Positions 62,985-64,000 of a DNA stretch of 64,000 nucleotides are shown here, piece by piece. The notes beneath the pieces were generated by a model. The model was not told where the DNA came from, ran no database searches, and saw only the letters and a list, made by a program, of their open reading frames with translations. Source of the DNA: a virus (taxonomy: Duplodnaviria; Caudoviricetes); the IMG/VR virus record IMGVR_UViG_3300038520_001354, positions 30,644 through 94,643 of that record. The stretch is one strand, 5' to 3'. A program made the translations under genes and the position numbers. Numbering within the stretch: the first letter of the stretch is position 1; each line of letters opens with the position of its first letter.

Positions 62985-63491
62985 ATGAAGTTAGAGAATT
63001 GGAATAAGAATACTGCCGAGGTTCAATCTTGGCTAAATACGCAGGATATAGGTGACGCAGGACAAGCAATTGCATTATCTATTACACTTGGAAATAACTG
63101 TAATGACGATGAATTGCGCTCAACATATTGGACAGCAATTAGGTCAATAGGCTCTCAATACGAGTCTTTCCCAAAAGCCCGCAGGGGTCGAGAATCGGCA
63201 TTACCAGACGATATAGAGGTAAGTGCGACTTCTGTGAAGAATGCGGTAATTGCTGCCTTTGCGGATATTTCTAATGCAGAGTTGCTAATGACTGTTGTTT
63301 TGCCACACGGCAGAACAGGCGGCGCATATGCCGATATTAACGAATTTGCAAGAGTTATGGGCAAAAAGGCTTATGATGCTCTTGTAAAGGGCTACAAGGA
63401 GAATAGATGGGATGGAACCATGAACGGGGATATTCCAGCACTAACCCCGCCTCCGGTTAAATCCGCAGAAGGAGGCGAAGAAGAGGAATGA
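62985..63491 (+). CDS. Hypothetical protein, paralogue B (unit 8)
   Basis: GGAGG RBS; clear paralogue of 60237..60764. Confidence 0.75.
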   Translation: MKLENWNKNTAEVQSWLNTQDIGDAGQAIALSITLGNNCNDDELRSTYWTAIRSIGSQYESFPKARRGRESALPDDIEVSATSVKNAVIAAFADISNAELLMTVVLPHGRTGGAYADINEFARVMGKKAYDALVKGYKENRWDGTMNGDIPALTPPPVKSAEGGEEEE

Positions 63492-64000
63492 TGTTCATTT
63501 ATTCCCCGTAGCCTCATTTTGGGGTTGCGTTACACTTGCAAAGCAAAACCATATGGTTCATATAGGCTATATGAGAAGGCAATAATGATATTCATTGTGC
63601 ATATTAAACATTAATTGAATAGGAGCATTGTTTCTATAATATATAGGCTTGGTAAATAAACATCGAGAAGTTACCAATAGCGGTTTAATTAGACTTATAG
63701 ATGTTCATAAAGTTTAATCTTATAACATTCCCCCTATTTCACAGATATGCACTACGCATACTTCTTATTCCAACCATATGCTTTGTATCAAAATTTTTTA
63801 TTTTTACAAGTTTAAATGAAATCGCTCTAAAGCACCTATTTTGAAGCATTAACTTTAATTTTATTAAGTTTGACCCTCTCATATTATATGGTATGACTTG
63901 TTACGATTTACTGATACGGCATGTCTGCTGAGAAAGAGGCATTAGAACATTTAAATCAGATATTTACCATAATCAAAGAAACCCTCCAAGATGTAAATAA

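Larger units (their letters stand above)
59726..63785. repeat. Dispersed palindromic site array CAAAG-N-ACCATATGGT-N-CTTTG
   Basis: CCATATGG cores at 60127, 60818, 61283, 61956, 62200, 62561, 62873, 63549; degenerate copies at 59731 and 63774; all lie between the genes as called here. Confidence 0.9.
1..64000. mobile_element. Tailed archaeal dsDNA virus genome segment (magrovirus-like, siphovirus-type tail)
   Basis: Tail module plus archaeal-type replication genes (PolB, PCNA, RFC, AEP primase, ATP-dependent ligase, TFB); GGTGA/GGAGG RBSs; dense small ORFs; no host housekeeping operons. Confidence 0.85.

Noticed and set aside
60127-63556. Cloning or assembly artefact, because CATATG is an NdeI site
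   Set aside because: Cores are extended to ACCATATGGT with conserved CAAAG/CTTTG arms and fall between intact genes, which random ligation would not produce; long reads would confirm
59726-63785. CRISPR array interpretation of the repeats
   Set aside because: Intervals are 225-691 bp, irregular and contain genes; repeat arms vary; no cas operon, and the Cas4-like gene sits in the replication cluster

Overview
AT-rich (roughly one-third GC by eye) segment of a large tailed archaeal virus. Gene content and GGAGG/GGTGA ribosome-binding sites fit a magrovirus-like virus of Marine Group II/Poseidoniales; this is an inference, not a database result. Layout: (1) 1-20.9 kb, + strand: small GTPase followed by a siphovirus-type neck/tail module (tail tube, frameshifted tail chaperones, tape measure, LamG protein, 2192-aa tail protein, fibres). 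(2) 21-59 kb, - strand: a near-complete archaeal-type replisome (split PolB, PCNA, RFC, primase, helicases, RPA, ligase, ERCC4 and Cas4-like nucleases), GroEL/GroES, TFB, class II RNR, two histone-fold proteins and a dispersed ubiquitin-like set (Ubl, ThiF/E1, JAB). (3) 59.1-59.7 kb: repeat-rich non-coding strand switch (candidate origin). (4) 59.7-63.8 kb: the most unusual part, an array of small self-contained gene units in mixed orientation, each bounded by a palindromic site CAAAG-N4-7-ACCATATGGT-N3-9-CTTTG. The half-sites look reshuffled, suggesting an integron/shufflon-like cassette system. Two paralogous cassette genes have complementary 5' and 3' flanks, and large structured non-coding regions lie at 54.3 and 58.2 kb. 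All calls come from motif recognition by eye; no searches were run.
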